Assembly (NCBI GenBank): GCA_002269645.1
Contig: NIVC01002420.1
Location: forward strand, 112,107-176,106
Length of the DNA stretch: 64,000 bases
Reading direction: 5' to 3'
From: Macrostomum lignano
Lineage: Eukaryota
In this document: positions 61,921 to 64,000 of the stretch, in pieces
Position numbering within the stretch: position 1 is the stretch's first letter
Layout: the number at the start of each line of letters is the position of its first letter
Notes under the pieces: model-generated
What the model saw: the letters and a program-made list of their open reading frames with translations, nothing else
Database searches by the model: none
Told to the model about the DNA's origin: nothing
Translations under genes and position numbers: made by a program

Positions 61921-62710
61921 TGCGTTAGCATCACACCGAGGTACTTGACCTCCTTCAAGTTATCAAGCCAAAAAATATAAAAAAATGGTGAGGATCAAAT
62001 TTTCTGTAATCTAAAGATCTCCAGCGGTTGATTTGTTATAAACAAGCCGGGTTGTTTTGTGATTGGCTGAGCTTCAGACCCCTCAAACCCGACTGCACTC
62101 TCACTTTTGACACGGGAATTGACAAACGTCCAGTATATGTCTGAATTTCAATCGATATCCATTGAGTACTAAGAAATCCGAAAAATGGACTCACACTTCG
62201 ATGCACGCTCGTACATTAAAATTAGGCATAAGCACACCTGCAGCTCAGGCCTCTCCAAAACTGAAATAAAATGGATTCCACCTCAACTGCTTGCAGTTCC
62301 TCTTTAAAAGGCTAGTAGAAGAGGTAGCAAAAAGTTTTAAAATAAATTCTTGATAAATGGCGCCATATTCAGGCATAATTGCCCTGCCCCCTCCTAGTTG
62401 CAGGCTCATCACTGCCATGGGATTTTGACAGCTGGGTCTCTTGTAGCAGCAGCTGCGGACTGCGGTATCCATGGCGATAAACGCCCACATGAGTCGTATA
62501 GGATAGAGTAGATGCAGCAACGCAACCGTACGTATGAGTGCCAACCCCCGCAAACTTCACTTCATCTCTTCATTGTCGTCTCTCTGTTGATAAAAAGATT
62601 AACGTTCCACATGCTAATTCAAGCTGAGCTGCCCTGTGCTTGAGAAGCATCGTGAGTCTATCGGATACTTATAGTTTTCGAACAAAGCGAATTTGCTAAT
62701 AAAGCCAAGC

Positions 62711-63716
62711 ATGGTACTTTGCCAGCCGCTACTTGCCTTTATTGCGTCCGTTCTGCTCTGCTCCTCTACCGCTGCCGCCAGCTCCGGAAACCGCTACCCG
62801 GTCATCCAGCGCACCTGCCTCAACAAGTCCCTGTCCGAGTGGACCCTCCCCAGCCCGGCCGTCTCCATTCGGCAGTGCGTATTTTTGAGTCGCCTGCAAA
62901 CTCTGCCAGGCACATCGGTGGCCCAATGGAACTCACGAAATGACACCTGTTCGCTGTTTCTCTTCAGCAGAGTCTGCCACCTGCTCAACCTGAGCAGCCC
63001 CGCTGACGGTCCGTCTGACGAGGCCAACTCGTGCGAGCTCGTGGTGGACTCCGAGCTTGACGTGCCCACCGCCAATCGGCACTTTGCCGCCGTGTGGCTC
63101 GGAGGCAGAGGCGAGCAGCTCGAGAATCTCGTGTGCAGCGATGGCGGCCAGAAGAACGTCGTCCAGCACACCGGAGTGACTTGGACTGACGAGGGCGCCA
63201 AGATGGACGGCCTGACATCCAGGATGTGGGTAAACGATACCAGCGGGTTCGACTTCAACAACAGCTTCACATTTCTGATGGAGCTGAAGAGGCAGCCGAA
63301 TACGAACGCCTTCATCGAGCTCACAGACTGCAGCTCTTACACTCACGCTTGGCTTCACTTATGGGAATGGGACACACTCGATTCGACTCGTAAGCTCTAA
63401 ATTCAAACCGGACACCGGAACTTGTTCTCCACTAACCAGGTGCTGCCAATCCGAAGCGACCAGTTCGTCCGAGTCGGCGCCACGTTCGACATTTCGATGC
63501 AGATCATGAACAGGACCCGACTGTTCGTTGACGGGTCGTTCATTCCCGGCAACCAAGTGTCTCTCTAACAACTTTACCAAAATCGACAACTTCTGCGTGA
63601 AGATCGGTTGGCGCGACCTGACTGGCTCGAACTTCAAAATAAACGGCACCGTGAAGATGCTGGCCATGTCCAACTTCTTCCTGACCGCCGACGTCATCAA
63701 CCGGCTGTTCAACTGA
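62711..63716 (+). pseudogene. Secreted protein with Cys-containing N-terminal region and LamG/concanavalin-A-like C-terminal domain; premature stop plus frameshift
   Basis: Signal peptide MVLCQPLLAFIASVLLCSSTAAA. After TAA at 63398 the same frame continues IQTG...QFVRVGATFD...RLFVDG. After a shift near 63566 it reads KIGW...INGTVKMLAMSNFFLTADVINRLFN*. Confidence 0.7.
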
Positions 63717-64000
63717 GTACGTGAACAGTTTTTCAGATAACGACGGAAGCGCTGTGACCAAATATTGCGAAGTCAAACGCAGTACATTTTGCCGCGAGAT
63801 GCCTAGTTATCAAGGCTAACGAAGTGTGCGTTCAAAGTTTTTTGTTTTGATTAATTATTTGATTCGGGATGTATGTAGAAGATGACAAGATATCTTGATC
63901 CACCTCTGTGTCCCCGGCTGGCGCCTGACCCCCAAAATGATAGTACATTTAAATTTGCTAGCATCCAAATTGTGACAGTCAATTTTCGTAGATCCATCCC

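Noticed and set aside
62245-62560. 102-aa and 63-aa minus-strand ORFs as a Nup153 first exon or separate gene
   Set aside because: No recognisable motif, no fitting donor, non-ATG start for the longer one.
63390-63439. 50-nt intron (C|GTAAGC ... ACCAG|) rescuing the LamG gene
   Set aside because: Splicing shifts the frame into a non-domain peptide ending in a stop, while the unspliced frame continues the domain. Not fully excluded.

Overview
Eukaryotic, intron-rich animal genomic DNA. The minisatellite-filled introns, GTTAGT donors and poly-Ala/Gln exons are most consistent with a free-living flatworm such as Macrostomum (inference, not verified). Left to right: (1) a ~238-bp satellite array (1-5.9 kb); (2) a minus-strand multi-exon gene with a harmonin-N-like domain and a PDZ domain (whirlin/harmonin/PDZD7 family, ~9.0-17.8 kb, 5' coding exon not found); (3) an RTE-type LINE endonuclease relic and an internally deleted mariner with 198-bp TIRs; (4) a plus-strand MAGUK p55 gene of the PALS1/MPP5/stardust type (26864-36108); (5) a two-exon gene for a 163-aa secreted, extremely Arg/Lys-rich protein, missed as a unit by the ORF track (43316-43936); (6) a minus-strand Nup153-like nucleoporin (45587-50225); (7) a transposon-rich block containing a CORE-SINE, a hAT element with 8-bp TSD whose cargo includes a fold-back and a periodic LTR-end/tRNA-PBS-like array, and nested Merlin elements in an almost CpG-free zone; (8) a disabled secreted LamG/ConA-like gene (62711-63716). 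Most long ORFs in the supplied track are tandem-repeat artefacts. Exon boundaries were read by hand from GT/AG sites and phase chaining, with no database searches.
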